Positions 8,620 to 20,819 of a stretch of DNA of 64,000 nucleotides are shown here, one piece after another; the first letter of the stretch is position 1; every line of letters begins with the position of its first letter. The notes below the pieces were generated by a model, which saw only the letters and a program-made list of their open reading frames with translations, was not told the DNA's origin and ran no database searches. Source of the DNA: Nostoc sp. DedSLP01 (GTDB taxonomy: Bacteria; Cyanobacteriota; Cyanobacteriia; Cyanobacteriales; Nostocaceae); contig JAVRCJ020000008.1 of assembly GCA_034530875.2 (NCBI GenBank), forward strand, positions 1-64,000. The letters run 5' to 3'. A program made the translations under genes and the position numbers.

Positions 8620-9509
8620 AATCTATGTTTGTGGGTCAAGCATCCTGGCATCAATCCAGTTGTTGAATAAATCAATATGTTTTCATCAAAATTGTTAATA
8701 ATTTTTCGTTATTTTAGCTTGTATCTGTAGATAAAAATTTGCGAAACAAAAATCTCACTCCTTAGTTATAAAAAATATAGGTAAGAAGAGAGAATTTGAA
8801 ATGAGATTAGTAATTCTTAAGAAGTAGACTTAAGAGTGAACCAAGGAAGATATGAGTAAATAACACATACATGTGGAAGTAAAATTATCAGCTTCATTAA
8901 TGACTATTAAAGACTTGTCGTCAAATTATTGAGTATATTTTGCTAAACGAAAAAGTCGTATACTCATCATAAATATCTCTGTGTCAAATCCCTAGTTCTC
9001 AATTCTCAGCCCCAAATTACCTTTATCTATCAGTGATTAAAAGAGTGATTAAAAGTAAGTTATGCAATTTTTTCGGAGTGGCGATCGCCATTAGTGGCAG
9101 GTATCGATTATGCTACACCTTGGCAGGTAGATAAATATCCGACAGCGATCGTAATTCACGAAGGCAGGAAGCAGGAGGCCGTTTTTGTAACGAGGATTTA
9201 TACCCCGTTCCAAACACTTTGGACGAAGTACGGTTTTAGACCCGATTGTTTCGATAATTTTGAGAATCAGTTTGTCAGCGCCTTATTGGGGCAACAATTA
9301 TTAAAACAGGTGATGGTGCAGGCAGAAAATGCAGCCAATCAGCAGATTAGGGCGATGGAGTAGCTGAAGGGTATCCACTACCAACTATATATGTCTGGCA
9401 AAGATTGTTGAAATTAGTATTAGTTATCTTCAATCATTGGCAAGTATAAATCTATCCTGCACTTAATTCTGACTCCTGAATTCTGACTGGGAGAATTCTT
9501 TTTCAATAC

Positions 9510-10430
9510 TTATCCCACTTGTGCTTCTGGCGTCTTAATTTGTAAAAACTTTTGTACTTGTCTCAGATATGTTGGTGCATCTTCCAACATCGGAAAATGT
9601 GCTGTATTAGGAATTAGGACAAATTCAACTTTGTCACTTAGCGAGGCTGCTTGACGCCCCATCTGTGCTGGAATAATCTTGTCATACTCGCCCGCGACTA
9701 AGAGAGTCGGCACTGTTAGCTTGGCAAACTCTTGGGGCATAAATTCAGCTTGTGCCTTACTAACTGAAGTAAAAATTGTACCTAATGCAGCATCGTAATC
9801 TGCTTCGAGAAAATCTTGTAAAAAAGCTTTTCGTTCGGAATTCGGGATGGAGCTATACAGAAATCTAGCCATAAACATTCTGTCAACAAATGGTATTTTA
9901 CTTAACCATTTAGGACGGAATTTAACTACATAACCACCGAATTTATGAAAGGCTGTAAATGCTTTTTCATCGTACTCAAAAACGCCGCTACAAGTTAAGA
10001 TCCCTCTTTCGACTCGTTGGGGATAGCGGTTAAAAAATAAAGTCGCAACAGAAGCACCCATCGAATGTGCATGAATATAAACACGTTGAATATGCAGCGC
10101 ATCTAACAAAGCTGCCAAGTCATCAGCGTATTCTTCTAATTCATAAGTTAACTCTTCGATCGCCTCTGATTTTTCCTGAAGTGACTGCGACTCGGCAACA
10201 GATTCATTCGCTTGAACTAGGGTTGGCTTGCCGCGAGAACGCCCAAATCCGCGCATATCGTAGAGTAAACAATCAAATTGCTCAGATAAAGCGTTAGCGG
10301 TACTTTGCCAATATCTCGCCGAACCAGCCCAACCGTGGATAAAAACCATCACTGGTTTTGCTAAAGAAGCAGATGGTTTTTTCACCCACTCGTAGTAATG
10401 CTCAACGCCACGAACTGTAATGTAAGGCAT
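9510..10430 (-). CDS. Alpha/beta fold hydrolase
   Basis: FIHGWAGS, DMRGFGRS, AHSMG nucleophile elbow, terminal AHFP. Confidence 0.93.
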   Translation of the reverse strand: MPYITVRGVEHYYEWVKKPSASLAKPVMVFIHGWAGSARYWQSTANALSEQFDCLLYDMRGFGRSRGKPTLVQANESVAESQSLQEKSEAIEELTYELEEYADDLAALLDALHIQRVYIHAHSMGASVATLFFNRYPQRVERGILTCSGVFEYDEKAFTAFHKFGGYVVKFRPKWLSKIPFVDRMFMARFLYSSIPNSERKAFLQDFLEADYDAALGTIFTSVSKAQAEFMPQEFAKLTVPTLLVAGEYDKIIPAQMGRQAASLSDKVEFVLIPNTAHFPMLEDAPTYLRQVQKFLQIKTPEAQVG

Positions 10431-10575
10431 TTTTGAGAGTTAGGAATTAAGACTTAGGAGTTAAAAGTTAGGAGTTTTTAATTTTGAATCGGGAGTTTTA
10501 ATTCAATAATTCACTCCCTACTTTTGCTCCTAACTCTTGTACAGAGGCGATTAATCGCGTCTCTACCGAACTGAT

Positions 10576-11916
10576 TTATGCTGATTCTGGCTTCGGTAGT
10601 GAAGATGGATGTACTATCAATTCGGCGGTCGATCGCTTCTCAACCATCTCGCGCGTTACCGTACAGCGTGTTACATCTTTACGAGATGGTAACTCGTACA
10701 TCACATCGAGCATCAATTCTTCTACAATGCCCCGTAACGCTCTAGCACCAGTTTTCCGACGGTAGGCTTCTTGAGCGATCGCTCGCAGAGCATCTGGTTT
10801 AAACTCTAACTGGACATTATCCATCTTCAGCAGTTTTTGGTACTGCTTGACTAGGGCACTGCGTGGTTGAGTGAGAATCGCCATCAGCGCTTCTTCATCT
10901 AACGGATCTACCACTGCTACCATTGGCACCCGTCCGATAAATTCTGGAATCATGCCAAACTTAACTAAATCGTCCGGTTCTAGATGGCGGAGAGTATCTG
11001 CTGCCCGTTTTTCCTTCGATTGGCCTTCTCCCGGCTGGACAAAGCCTATTGATTTTTTGCCAACTCTCTGATCTACAACTTTTTCTAAACCTACGAAAGC
11101 ACCGCCACAGACAAATAAAATATTGCTAGTATCAATTTGAATGCAGTCTTGGTAGGGATGCTTGCGTCCTCCTTGGGGCGGTACGTTGGCGATCGTTCCT
11201 TCTAACATTTTCAGCAAAGCTTGCTGTACGCCTTCACCGGAAACATCGCGGGTAATTGACGGGTTTTCGCTCTTGCGGGCAATTTTGTCAATTTCGTCAA
11301 TGTAGATAATTCCCCGTTGAGCTTCCTCTACATCCAAATCTGCCACTTGCAACAGTCGCAGCAAGATATTTTCCACATCTTCTCCCACATACCCTGCTTC
11401 CGTTAACGTAGTGGCATCAGCGACGGCAAAGGGTACATCGAGGATTTTGGCTAGAGTTTGGGCTAAGAGAGTTTTGCCACAACCAGTCGGGCCAATTAAC
11501 AAGATATTAGACTTTTGCAGTTCTATCGCATCATCCGCCCCAGCTTTGCCGCTGGCTTTGGATTGAATAACCGCCAACCGCTTGTAGTGATTGTAAACAG
11601 CGACAGATAAAACTTTCTTGGCCTCGTCTTGACCGATTACGTGTTCGTCTAGATACTTTTTAATCTCTCTTGGCTTGGGTATTTGATTAAACGAAATACT
11701 CGAAGAACGGGTGCGGCGTTTTTGAGGAGGTTCCGATCTTGGTGCAGGTTGGCTTGCTGCTGCATTTGTATCGAGTAATTCCTCATCCAGTATTTCATTA
11801 CACAAGTCAACGCATTCATCGCAGATGTAGACTCCCGGCCCCGCGATTAATTTACGCACCTGCTCTTGAGACTTGCCACAAAATGAACATTTTAAATGGG
11901 AGTCGTACTTAGACAT
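10576..11916 (-). CDS. clpX: ATP-dependent Clp protease ATP-binding subunit ClpX
   Basis: CSFCGK zinc finger, GPTGCGKT Walker A, IGF loop. Confidence 0.99.
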   Translation of the reverse strand: MSKYDSHLKCSFCGKSQEQVRKLIAGPGVYICDECVDLCNEILDEELLDTNAAASQPAPRSEPPQKRRTRSSSISFNQIPKPREIKKYLDEHVIGQDEAKKVLSVAVYNHYKRLAVIQSKASGKAGADDAIELQKSNILLIGPTGCGKTLLAQTLAKILDVPFAVADATTLTEAGYVGEDVENILLRLLQVADLDVEEAQRGIIYIDEIDKIARKSENPSITRDVSGEGVQQALLKMLEGTIANVPPQGGRKHPYQDCIQIDTSNILFVCGGAFVGLEKVVDQRVGKKSIGFVQPGEGQSKEKRAADTLRHLEPDDLVKFGMIPEFIGRVPMVAVVDPLDEEALMAILTQPRSALVKQYQKLLKMDNVQLEFKPDALRAIAQEAYRRKTGARALRGIVEELMLDVMYELPSRKDVTRCTVTREMVEKRSTAELIVHPSSLPKPESA

Positions 11917-11925
11917 ACCAGCCTC

Positions 11926-12624
11926 TTATTTCAGAATGGTGACATTTTCCCCAGCTGTGGGAAGATTTTGCCTGGAAATGACCTGATCGATTAAACCGTA
12001 GTTCTTCGCCTCTTCTGCCGACATGAAGAAGTCGCGCTCAGTATCTGCTTCGATTCTTTCTAAAGGTTGACCAGTATGATGAGATAGTAACTGATTTAAC
12101 TTTGCCTTAACGTAAAGAATTTCTCTGGCTTGAATTTCAATATCAATAGCTTGCCCTTGAGCGCCACCAAGTGGTTGGTGAATCATAATCCGGGAGTCGG
12201 GTAGAGACATTCGCTTTCCGGCAGTCCCTGCTGTTAACAAAAACGCTCCCATGCTAGCAGCTAATCCAAAACAGATGGTAACAACATCGGGACGGATTTG
12301 TTGTATTGTATCGTAAATTGCCATCCCTGCGTAGACTGAGCCGCCAGGAGAGTTAATGTACAGTTGGATGTCCTTTTCAGAGTCTTCAGCGTCCAGGAAT
12401 AACAACTGAGCGACAATTGAGTTGGCAACGGCATCGTCTATTGGGGTTCCCAAAAAGATAATCCTCTCTCGCAGTAGGCGGGAGTAGATGTCGAAAGCCC
12501 TTTCTCCCATACCAGATTGTTCTACCACCATCGGCACGATGTTGTTAGGGCTGCTCAACTGGGAGTTAATGTTTATTCGACTTAAGTTGCTGATGGGATA
12601 ATTTCCCGACTGCGATAAAAGCAT
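11926..12624 (-). CDS. clpP: ATP-dependent Clp protease proteolytic subunit
   Basis: [21 protein letters not shown]. Confidence 0.98.
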   Translation of the reverse strand: MLLSQSGNYPISNLSRININSQLSSPNNIVPMVVEQSGMGERAFDIYSRLLRERIIFLGTPIDDAVANSIVAQLLFLDAEDSEKDIQLYINSPGGSVYAGMAIYDTIQQIRPDVVTICFGLAASMGAFLLTAGTAGKRMSLPDSRIMIHQPLGGAQGQAIDIEIQAREILYVKAKLNQLLSHHTGQPLERIEADTERDFFMSAEEAKNYGLIDQVISRQNLPTAGENVTILK

Positions 12625-13020
12625 AAGAAATTTAACGATAGTTGGGACAGATGTCTTAGCAGCAGATGCTGCCTTGTTAACGAGTGGGATATTTAAGCTA
12701 CGTGTTAACCATTATGCCTCATATAAATTCCTCTCGTGTAACACAGTATCAAGCCCAGACGCAACCAATGTCACTATTCCCGGAAATTTTTTAATTTTCC
12801 TATTGAATTGTCGATTGTAGGGAATAGGGAATGTGGAGATAGGGAGCAGTGGGGATGAGGAGATGCGGGGAGGAGCGGGAAGTATGGGAGAATATCTTCC
12901 CCTTTGCTCCCAGCACAGACCTGCTCCCCATCTTCTTCCCATGCCCAATGCCCTCATCTTTTTAGCTTACCCATTTCACGAGTACTTTAACTCAAGACTG
13001 GTGAATTGGCTGTGGGGTTT

Positions 13021-14457
13021 TCACGACTCTGGTGTGGCTTGTGCCGCAGGTTCGCTAGTTCCTTCTGTCTGGGCATTGACATCTGGATCTGATTGTGTGG
13101 CTTCAGTTTCCTCTGCTGGAGCCAAGGAGCCTTCGGCTACGAGTTCAACTGAGGAATGTTCTAAGAGCCAGTCAATGATTTTTTCGGTTAACAGTTCATT
13201 TTCCACCATTGAGCGCAGTCTTTCTTCGTCAACGTCTTGCTCGTCTGGATACTCTTGTAAAAGTTCTGTGACTCTAGTTTTGATTTCGTCTGGTGTGGTC
13301 TGGATAGATTCGCGCTTACCGACTTCTCGTAATGATAGAGAGCGTTTGAGGCGTTCTATTGCCTCAGGCCGCGATCGCTCGCGCAATTGAGGAATAATAT
13401 CTTGGGTAAACAACTTCCTCACATCTAGTCCTTGCTGAGATAAGCGAATTGCTGTTTGGGTCAGCATGGCATCCACTTCTTTCTCAATTAAAGTTGCTGG
13501 CAAATCAATTTTTACGTGCTTGAGCAGTTCCGTTAACAAGGCTTCTTGCTTGTTAGTTTTGGTTTTTTCGTCGGCCTCTTTTTGATATCGCTCTACTAGA
13601 GATGCGCGCAACTCCTCCAAAGTTTCAAAGTCGCTGACTTCTTGGGCAAAGTCATCATTTAATTCTGGTAGCTCTTTTTCTTTGAGTTCTTTGACGGTGA
13701 CTGTGAAAGTTGCTGCTTTTCCTGCTAAATCTTCATTTGCATAAGGATCTGGGAACTGCGCCGCAATTTCTTTGGTTTCTCCAGGATTCATGCCCACGAT
13801 ACCAGAGACAAAACCTGGAATAAATTTATCTTCTTGCAACTCCAGTTGAAAATCAGCCGCTTCGGCTCCGGGAATAGCCTCTGCTTCGGCGCCTTGCTCT
13901 TCGCCTTCAGCTTTGGAGAACACACCTTTAAAATCAACTACGGCAATATCACCGATTTGAGCTGCACGCCCTTCTACAGGAATCAATGTTGCCAATTCTT
14001 GACGTTCTTTGTCTAGAGCGTTCTCTACTCGCTCTGGATCGTACTTGATTTCTTCAGCTTGGGCTTGCAAATCAGTGTACTGCAATAGATTTACTTCTGG
14101 CTCGACATCGACAGCCGCCGAAATTATCAGGGGTTTTCCAGGTTCATAATTATTAATCAAATCCTCAAATGAGGAGCGTAATTGCGGTTGACCTATAGCC
14201 TGGATAGATTCTTGTTTAACTGCTTGCTCGATACCATCTTGAATTAGTTCTTCCAGGGCTGCTGCCTTAATTCGAGTTGTACCCAGCCGTTGTAGTAATA
14301 TCGGCCGAGGCACTTTGCCTTTACGAAACCCAGGAATATTGGCAGTACTCGCTAAGTTTTTAATGACTTGTTCGTAAGTTTGCTTAGTAATTTCTGGCGT
14401 AATTTCTATTTCCAAACCAATTTGGCTGGCGGGAAGTTTTTCCTGGGTGACTTTCAT
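13021..14457 (-). CDS. tig: Trigger factor
   Basis: IPGFRKGKVP ribosome-binding motif; tig-clpP-clpX synteny. Confidence 0.98.
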   Translation of the reverse strand: MKVTQEKLPASQIGLEIEITPEITKQTYEQVIKNLASTANIPGFRKGKVPRPILLQRLGTTRIKAAALEELIQDGIEQAVKQESIQAIGQPQLRSSFEDLINNYEPGKPLIISAAVDVEPEVNLLQYTDLQAQAEEIKYDPERVENALDKERQELATLIPVEGRAAQIGDIAVVDFKGVFSKAEGEEQGAEAEAIPGAEAADFQLELQEDKFIPGFVSGIVGMNPGETKEIAAQFPDPYANEDLAGKAATFTVTVKELKEKELPELNDDFAQEVSDFETLEELRASLVERYQKEADEKTKTNKQEALLTELLKHVKIDLPATLIEKEVDAMLTQTAIRLSQQGLDVRKLFTQDIIPQLRERSRPEAIERLKRSLSLREVGKRESIQTTPDEIKTRVTELLQEYPDEQDVDEERLRSMVENELLTEKIIDWLLEHSSVELVAEGSLAPAEETEATQSDPDVNAQTEGTSEPAAQATPES

Positions 14458-15273
14458 GCTTCGTCTCTAGTTTTCTGGTATTTTAAACTCCGAGTACACA
14501 CAAGGCGCAAGTAATCGCGTTTATGGCTTGATGTCTCTTAGGGGCAATGGGAGGCCATAGGGCTTTATGATATCCAAAAATGGATGGTTGTCCTGTGGCA
14601 AAGATCCAGTGTACTGCCAATATCCAAAGACTTGATACTTTACCTTCATAACAATTTGTCTTTTGTGATTCTCCTTGCTCCCTTGCCCTAGTTCCATAAA
14701 TCAGCTGAGAAATCAGGAATTAATTATTCACTAGGCTGACGCCGTGATATCCTGGTTCTCAACCAGTAGTTAGTACTCTAAAGTTAAAGTTATAGTATTG
14801 AGTCTAGCTATTAACTTGTTGTACCAGAGTCTATCTCTTACCTCACTCAATAGCTACCTTTAACCCTGTACTAGCTTTATGCAGTTGCGATCGCAGTATA
14901 TTTGTCAAGTTAGTAGCATATTTTGCAACCAAGAGGTTGATTCGTGTTATAAGTAGAACGCCTCTGAAAACCCTAAGTGCAGATATATCTGTTCTATGAA
15001 GTTAAATATAGATTTGTTGTATAATATTAAATTAAAATAATGTTAAATAATGTAATAATTAAATAGGAATGATTGTAAAGTGCAGAACTACTTACAACCG
15101 AAATTAAATAGCAAATAAAATAAATGTATTGATTTGATACAGTTACATTAAATTAAAAAAAAATCTAAATTTATTAAAAATGCATTTCCAAAGTGCGATC
15201 GCCATTTAAATATAAGTAAATTGACAATTGTTTTAAAAAATCACACACAAACCGTTCAAAGGAGGAAGCAAGT

Positions 15274-16311
15274 TTGTCTAAATCCTATCGTGTAGCTATT
15301 TTGGGAGCGACTGGTGCCGTTGGTACGGAGTTGCTGGAATTATTAGAAAGCCGTGGTTTTCCCGTTGGGGAACTGAAATTATTGGCATCAGAACGCAGTG
15401 CAGGGCGATCGCTGCGGTTTAATGGGGAAGATATACCTGTAGAACCAACGAGCGATCGCGCTTTTGAAAACGTTGATATAGTACTAGCTAGTGCTGGCGG
15501 TTCCACATCTAAAACTTGGGCACCCGTCGCTGTCGAAAAGGGCGCAGTGGTAATTGATAATTCCAGCGCCTTTCGTATGAACCCGGAAGTCCCCTTAGTC
15601 GTACCAGAGGTAAATCCCCAAGCGGCAGCCAATCACCAAGGCATTATTGCCAATCCTAACTGCACAACAATCTTAATGACTGTGGCAGTCTGGCCGTTGC
15701 ATCAAGTCAAACCAGTGCAACGTATTGTCGCCTCAACTTACCAATCTGCTAGCGGTGCTGGAGCCAGAGCAATGGCCGAAGTGAAAACCCAAACCAGCGC
15801 TATACTACAAGGACAGCCACCAGTTGCCGAAGTATTGCCTTACCCATTGGCATTTAATTTATTCCCGCATAACTCACCATTAAACGATTTGGGTTATTGT
15901 GAGGAAGAAATGAAAATGGTCAACGAAACCCGAAAGATTTTCGGCAACCAGCAAATCAGAATCACTGCGACTTGTGTACGGGTTCCCGTACTCCGCGCTC
16001 ATTCAGAAGCAATAAATTTAGAATTTGCAACTCCCTTTAGTGTAGAAGCAGCCAAAGAAATTTTAAATTCTGCTCCTGGAGTAAAATTGGTAGAAGATTG
16101 GAAAAGCAATCATTTCCCGATGCCAATTGAAGCAACGGGTCGGGATGAAGTTTTAGTAGGAAGAATTCGCCAAGATATTTCTCATCCTTGTGGCTTGGAA
16201 TTATGGTTGTGCGGCGATCAAATTCGCAAAGGTGCAGCATTGAATGCAATACAAATCGCCGAATTATTAGTAGAGAAAAATCTACTAAAACCATTAGCTA
16301 TTAGTCATTAG
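15274..16311 (+). CDS. asd: Aspartate-semialdehyde dehydrogenase
   Basis: GATGAVG, ANPNCTT, YQSASGAG; AGGAGG RBS before a TTG start. Confidence 0.98.
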   Translation: MSKSYRVAILGATGAVGTELLELLESRGFPVGELKLLASERSAGRSLRFNGEDIPVEPTSDRAFENVDIVLASAGGSTSKTWAPVAVEKGAVVIDNSSAFRMNPEVPLVVPEVNPQAAANHQGIIANPNCTTILMTVAVWPLHQVKPVQRIVASTYQSASGAGARAMAEVKTQTSAILQGQPPVAEVLPYPLAFNLFPHNSPLNDLGYCEEEMKMVNETRKIFGNQQIRITATCVRVPVLRAHSEAINLEFATPFSVEAAKEILNSAPGVKLVEDWKSNHFPMPIEATGRDEVLVGRIRQDISHPCGLELWLCGDQIRKGAALNAIQIAELLVEKNLLKPLAISH

Positions 16312-16446
16312 TCATTGGTCATTAGTCATTAGTGATGAGTAAATCAACAAAGGACAAAAGACAGTTGAAAAGAATGTAAAAATAGATTATTACAAGAGAA
16401 AACCACCAAAATATAAAAATATTGGTAATTAGGAGTGAGAAAGAGG

Positions 16447-17331
16447 GTGGGAGATTTTGGCAACGTTTTAACTGCTATGATTACACCGTTTAAAGCAGAC
16501 GGTAGTGTTAACTACGATGTAGCGGCACAACTAGCAGCGCATCTAGTCAACAACGGTACAGATACATTAGTCGTCTGTGGCACAACAGGGGAATCTCCTA
16601 CCCTGACTTGGGAGGAGGAATACCAGTTGTTTGTGGAAGTGTTGCAGTCTGTGGCAGGAAAAGCCAAGGTAATAGCGGGTTGTGGTTCAAATTCTACTAA
16701 AGAAGCCATCGCTGCCACCCAAAAAGCCGCTAAAATAGGAGTACATGGTTCCTTACAAGTTGTTCCTTATTACAACAAACCACCGCAAGCGGGATTAAAA
16801 GCTCACTTTCAGGCAATAGCACAAGCCTGTCCCGACTTACCAATGTTGTTATATAACGTCCCCGGTCGTACCGGGCAAAACCTCCAGCCAGAAACAGTTG
16901 CCCAGTTAGCTGAGGTGGACAATATTGTAGGGATAAAAGAATCCACGGGTAATATAGATCAGGCAAGTGAAATTCGGCGCTTGACACCCAAAGAATTCCA
17001 GATCTACTCTGGTGATGATTACATGACTTTGCCTTTGTTAGCGATCGGGGCAAAGGGTGTAGTAAGTGTGGCTTCTCATCTGGTAGGAAACCAACTACAG
17101 CAGATGATCCAAGCTTTTAAGGCAGGTAAAATTGAGGTGGCTAGCGAGATCCATCTCCAACTTTTCCCGTTATTTAAAGCTTTATTTCTTACTTCAAATC
17201 CCATTCCAGTTAAAAAGGCATTAAAACTTCAAGGTTGGGAGGTTGGTTCAACTCGTCCGCCGCTATGCGAAGCGGACTCGGAAGTTAGTAAAAAGTTAGA
17301 AGCAGTTCTTAAAGAACTTAGTTTGCTCTAG
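16447..17331 (+). CDS. dapA: 4-hydroxy-tetrahydrodipicolinate synthase
   Basis: [21 protein letters not shown]; start could also be 16435. Confidence 0.97.
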   Translation: MGDFGNVLTAMITPFKADGSVNYDVAAQLAAHLVNNGTDTLVVCGTTGESPTLTWEEEYQLFVEVLQSVAGKAKVIAGCGSNSTKEAIAATQKAAKIGVHGSLQVVPYYNKPPQAGLKAHFQAIAQACPDLPMLLYNVPGRTGQNLQPETVAQLAEVDNIVGIKESTGNIDQASEIRRLTPKEFQIYSGDDYMTLPLLAIGAKGVVSVASHLVGNQLQQMIQAFKAGKIEVASEIHLQLFPLFKALFLTSNPIPVKKALKLQGWEVGSTRPPLCEADSEVSKKLEAVLKELSLL

Positions 17332-17704
17332 CCCCCAGTTCGGAGAGTGCTGCTAATAAGCGTGGTTACTAAAAGCCAATATAAACAATGACGATTATTG
17401 TTAATAAGTTATACAATTTTAGATTTTAGATTGAGTGTTTCTTTCTTTTAAAGGGTTATGCGAATCGATTTGTCCCATTTATTTTTGAAATTTAAAATTG
17501 GTATTACTATTTAAAAACCTGTGTTAGGACTAATAGATATACTATAAATCCTTGAGTATACTGTCTTTTTTATTGAATAAACAATTGAACATCTCAATTA
17601 AAAGTGCTTGCTTTGGGACTGACTAAAAAACAACTGAGGTTGTTTGAAATACGAGTTCGTTAACTATCAAATTAATTAACAAAAAGTAACAATCTAAGGA
17701 GAAA

Positions 17705-19477
17705 ATGGCTAAAAACGAAGCTAGTAATTCCGCCTTGAAAATTATTCCTTTAGGCGGTTTGCATGAAATTGGAAAAAATACTTGTGTTTTCGAGTATGAG
17801 GATGAAATTGTTCTGTTAGATGCAGGACTGGCTTTTCCCACAGAAGCGATGCATGGAGTCAATATTGTTCTTCCAGATACGACCTATTTGCGGGAAAATC
17901 GCCACAAAATTAAAGGGATGATTGTTACCCACGGTCATGAAGACCATATTGGTGGGATTGCTTTTCATCTCAAGCAATTTGATATACCAGTGATTTATGG
18001 ACCGAGACTAGCAATGGCAATGCTAGAGGGTAAATTAGAAGAAGCGGGAGTACGCGATCGCACAGAATTAAGAAAAGTTCTACCGCGTGATGTCGTGCGA
18101 ATTGGCAAAAACTTTTTAGTAGAATATATCCGCAATACTCATTCTATCGCTGATAGTTTTACTGTTGCCATTCATACGCCACTTGGTGTCATCATCCACA
18201 CTGGGGATTTTAAAATTGACCACACACCAGTGGATGGTGAAAGATTTGACCTGCAAAGGTTAGCAGAACATGGTGAAAAAGGTGTTCTTTGTCTGTTGAG
18301 CGATTCCACTAACTCAGAAGTACCAGGATTTACACCTTCAGAACGTTCGGTTTATCCCAATCTTGACCGAGTATTTAGTCAAGCTACAGGGCGATTGTTC
18401 GTTACTACGTTTGCTTCTAGCGTTCATCGCATCAACATGATTTTGGATCTAGCGAAGAAGCATAACCGTGTAGTTACGGTGGTGGGACGTTCCATGTTGA
18501 ACTTGATTGCTCATGCCCGTAATCTCGGTTACATTAAGTGTGAGGATAATCTACTGCAACCATTGCACGCAGTCCGCAACCTGCCAGATGAAAATGTGTT
18601 GATTCTGACTACAGGTTCTCAAGGCGAACCAATGTCAGCAATGACCCGCATTGCCAATAAAGAACACCCCCACATCAAAATTCGTCAAGGCGATACAGTA
18701 GTATTTTCTGCTAACCCGATTCCCGGAAATACAATCGCTGTAGTCAACACTATTGATAAATTGATGATTCAAGGGGCAAATGTGGTCTATGGTCGGGACA
18801 AAGGAATTCACGTCTCCGGTCACGGCTGTCAAGAAGACCAAAAGTTAATGATTGCCTTGACTCAACCGAAGTTCTTTGTGCCATTCCACGGCGAACATCG
18901 AATGCTGGTGAAGCACGCCCAAACGGCTCAGAGTATGGGTATACCAGCAGAAAACACCATCATTATTCAAAATGGGGATGTTATAGAACTGACTGAAAAC
19001 TCCATCCGCGTTGCTGGTAAGGTGTCATCTGGTATTGAACTGGTAGATACCACAAGTTCTGGTATGGTGAGTGCCACAGTGCTGCAAGAACGGCAACGTA
19101 TGGCAGAAGAAGGTATTGTTACTATTGCCGCTGCCATCGATTGGAGTGGGAAACTGTTGGCAAAACCAGAAATTCACCTGCGGGGTGTAGTAACCAGTTT
19201 AGAGCGATCGCTGTTGCAAAAATGGGTACAACAGCGAATTGAAGAAATTCTCTCTGTGCGCTGGTCGGAGTTTGCAGCTACGGAAGCGGAACCAGCAGAT
19301 ATTGATTGGGGTGGGTTGCAAGGAACTTTGGAGCGAGAATTGCAGCGTTCTATTCGGAGAGAATTGCAATGTCAGCCATCTGTGACTTTGTTGATGCAAA
19401 TTCCTGAGGAACCGCCGGTGAAAGTTGCTGATGGGAGAAGGCGGCGGACGCGGACTGCTGCTCAGGTGGCATCGTAA
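17705..19477 (+). CDS. rnj: Ribonuclease J
   Basis: PLGGLHEIGKN, THGHEDHIG, HVSGHG. Confidence 0.97.
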   Translation: MAKNEASNSALKIIPLGGLHEIGKNTCVFEYEDEIVLLDAGLAFPTEAMHGVNIVLPDTTYLRENRHKIKGMIVTHGHEDHIGGIAFHLKQFDIPVIYGPRLAMAMLEGKLEEAGVRDRTELRKVLPRDVVRIGKNFLVEYIRNTHSIADSFTVAIHTPLGVIIHTGDFKIDHTPVDGERFDLQRLAEHGEKGVLCLLSDSTNSEVPGFTPSERSVYPNLDRVFSQATGRLFVTTFASSVHRINMILDLAKKHNRVVTVVGRSMLNLIAHARNLGYIKCEDNLLQPLHAVRNLPDENVLILTTGSQGEPMSAMTRIANKEHPHIKIRQGDTVVFSANPIPGNTIAVVNTIDKLMIQGANVVYGRDKGIHVSGHGCQEDQKLMIALTQPKFFVPFHGEHRMLVKHAQTAQSMGIPAENTIIIQNGDVIELTENSIRVAGKVSSGIELVDTTSSGMVSATVLQERQRMAEEGIVTIAAAIDWSGKLLAKPEIHLRGVVTSLERSLLQKWVQQRIEEILSVRWSEFAATEAEPADIDWGGLQGTLERELQRSIRRELQCQPSVTLLMQIPEEPPVKVADGRRRRTRTAAQVAS

Positions 19478-19570
19478 TAATAGGCTCACGCAGAGGCGCA
19501 GAGACGCAGAGTTTTTCTGAAGGTCTTTGCGCTTTAGGCTGAGATACAGTTTTTTTTTCATTGGATTAGG

Positions 19571-19681
19571 GGCGTTGCTGAAGCAGAGTATGAATTGACA
19601 TTTTTGATATAACTAAACAACGAATCTTTGCGCCTTTGCGTCTTTGCGTGAGGCTAATTCATACTTTCAATCAGCAACGCC
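19571..19681. mobile_element. MITE-like element
   Basis: Terminal inverted repeats GGCGTTGCTGA-N5-AGTATGAATT and AATTCATACT-N5-TCAGCAACGCC; internal CTTTGCG repeats; non-coding. Confidence 0.75.
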
Positions 19682-19684
19682 AGA

Positions 19685-20596
19685 TTAGGGAATATCTTCA
19701 GGCATAATTTTTATCATCATTTCTTTGGTAACATTTGGAAGTTTGACAAGTCTGTTTGCCTGCTTCTCGATTGTTTTCTCAAAAATATTTCTTACTAGCC
19801 TTCCATTGCCAAATTTCTTATCTCGACTTGCATGTAAATTAGTTAACTTATAAAGTAATGCCTGCTTTGATTTATCAGTGAGCTTGAAATGGTTTTGCTC
19901 ACAAACTTTTTCAAACATATTGAGTAACTCATTAGGCTTATAGTCTTCAAAGTAGAAATATTTATTAAATCTTGACTGTAATCCCGGATTAGCATCAATG
20001 AATCTAGACATTTCTTCACTGTAGCCAGCAACTATCACTACTAGCCTGTCTCTGTAGTCCTCCATTCTTTTTAGGAGAGTATCTATAGCTTCTTGTCCAA
20101 AATCATTACGGGAATTTTCTGGTTTTAGTGCGTAGGCTTCATCAATAAACAGCACACCATCTAATGCTGATTCAATAAGTTCATCTACTTTAATAGCGGT
20201 TTGCCCAACATAACCTGCTACTAATCCCGATCTATCAGTTTCAACAAGATGACCTTTGGAAAGTATTCCTAGCTCTTTGTATATTTTACCCATTAGACGA
20301 GCGACAGTAGTTTTTCCAGTTCCAGGAGGCCCACAGAATACAGAATGTAACGTGACAGAAATAGTAGCAAGTTTTTTTTCTTGCCGAAGTTTCTGGATTT
20401 TAAGAAAGTTGATTAGAGTGTTAATCTCATCTTTCACATTCTGCATTCCCACCAGATTATTTAGTTGTTCAAGAACACTATCCAATCCTTGAGAACTGCA
20501 ATCATTATTAATAGGACGCTTTTTTAGGTCTTTTTTCAACTGTTCTAGTTCCGCGTCAATTTCCTGGTCCCATAAACTGTTATTCCAAATATTCAT
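19685..20596 (-). CDS. CbbX/SpoVK-family AAA+ ATPase
   Basis: GPPGTGKTTVAR, LVAGYVGQTA, VLFIDEAYAL, NPGLQSRF, FGNGRLVRN. Confidence 0.92.
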   Translation of the reverse strand: MNIWNNSLWDQEIDAELEQLKKDLKKRPINNDCSSQGLDSVLEQLNNLVGMQNVKDEINTLINFLKIQKLRQEKKLATISVTLHSVFCGPPGTGKTTVARLMGKIYKELGILSKGHLVETDRSGLVAGYVGQTAIKVDELIESALDGVLFIDEAYALKPENSRNDFGQEAIDTLLKRMEDYRDRLVVIVAGYSEEMSRFIDANPGLQSRFNKYFYFEDYKPNELLNMFEKVCEQNHFKLTDKSKQALLYKLTNLHASRDKKFGNGRLVRNIFEKTIEKQANRLVKLPNVTKEMMIKIMPEDIP

Positions 20597-20819
20597 ACTC
20601 TATAGCCTCTACAATTAAGTAATAAGCGTCTCTATTATGCTTAAGTACAAACCCAAGAAGATTTATTTAACTCTGGCTAGACTTAGTATAAAAAAGTAAA
20701 AAACGCTAAACTAGAGTTACCAGTATACAATGTGACAATTATATTGCCGGAACTCAGTTTATACAAAGTTATCTTAGATATTTGATAGACGCAAACAATA
20801 GTAATTAAAGCGATCGCAC

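Noticed and set aside
9094..9363. 89-aa ORF between the MFS and hydrolase genes
   Set aside because: No RBS or recognisable family; looks like a gene fragment with a repeat-like insert, so I cannot support a call
12833..13390. Long antisense ORFs within tig (also 29166-29663, 32168-32716, 15285-15632)
   Set aside because: Shadow frames of well-supported genes on the opposite strand
14460..15270. Possible lysine riboswitch or sRNA upstream of asd-dapA
   Set aside because: The region is long and very AT-rich near asd, but I could not identify riboswitch consensus elements
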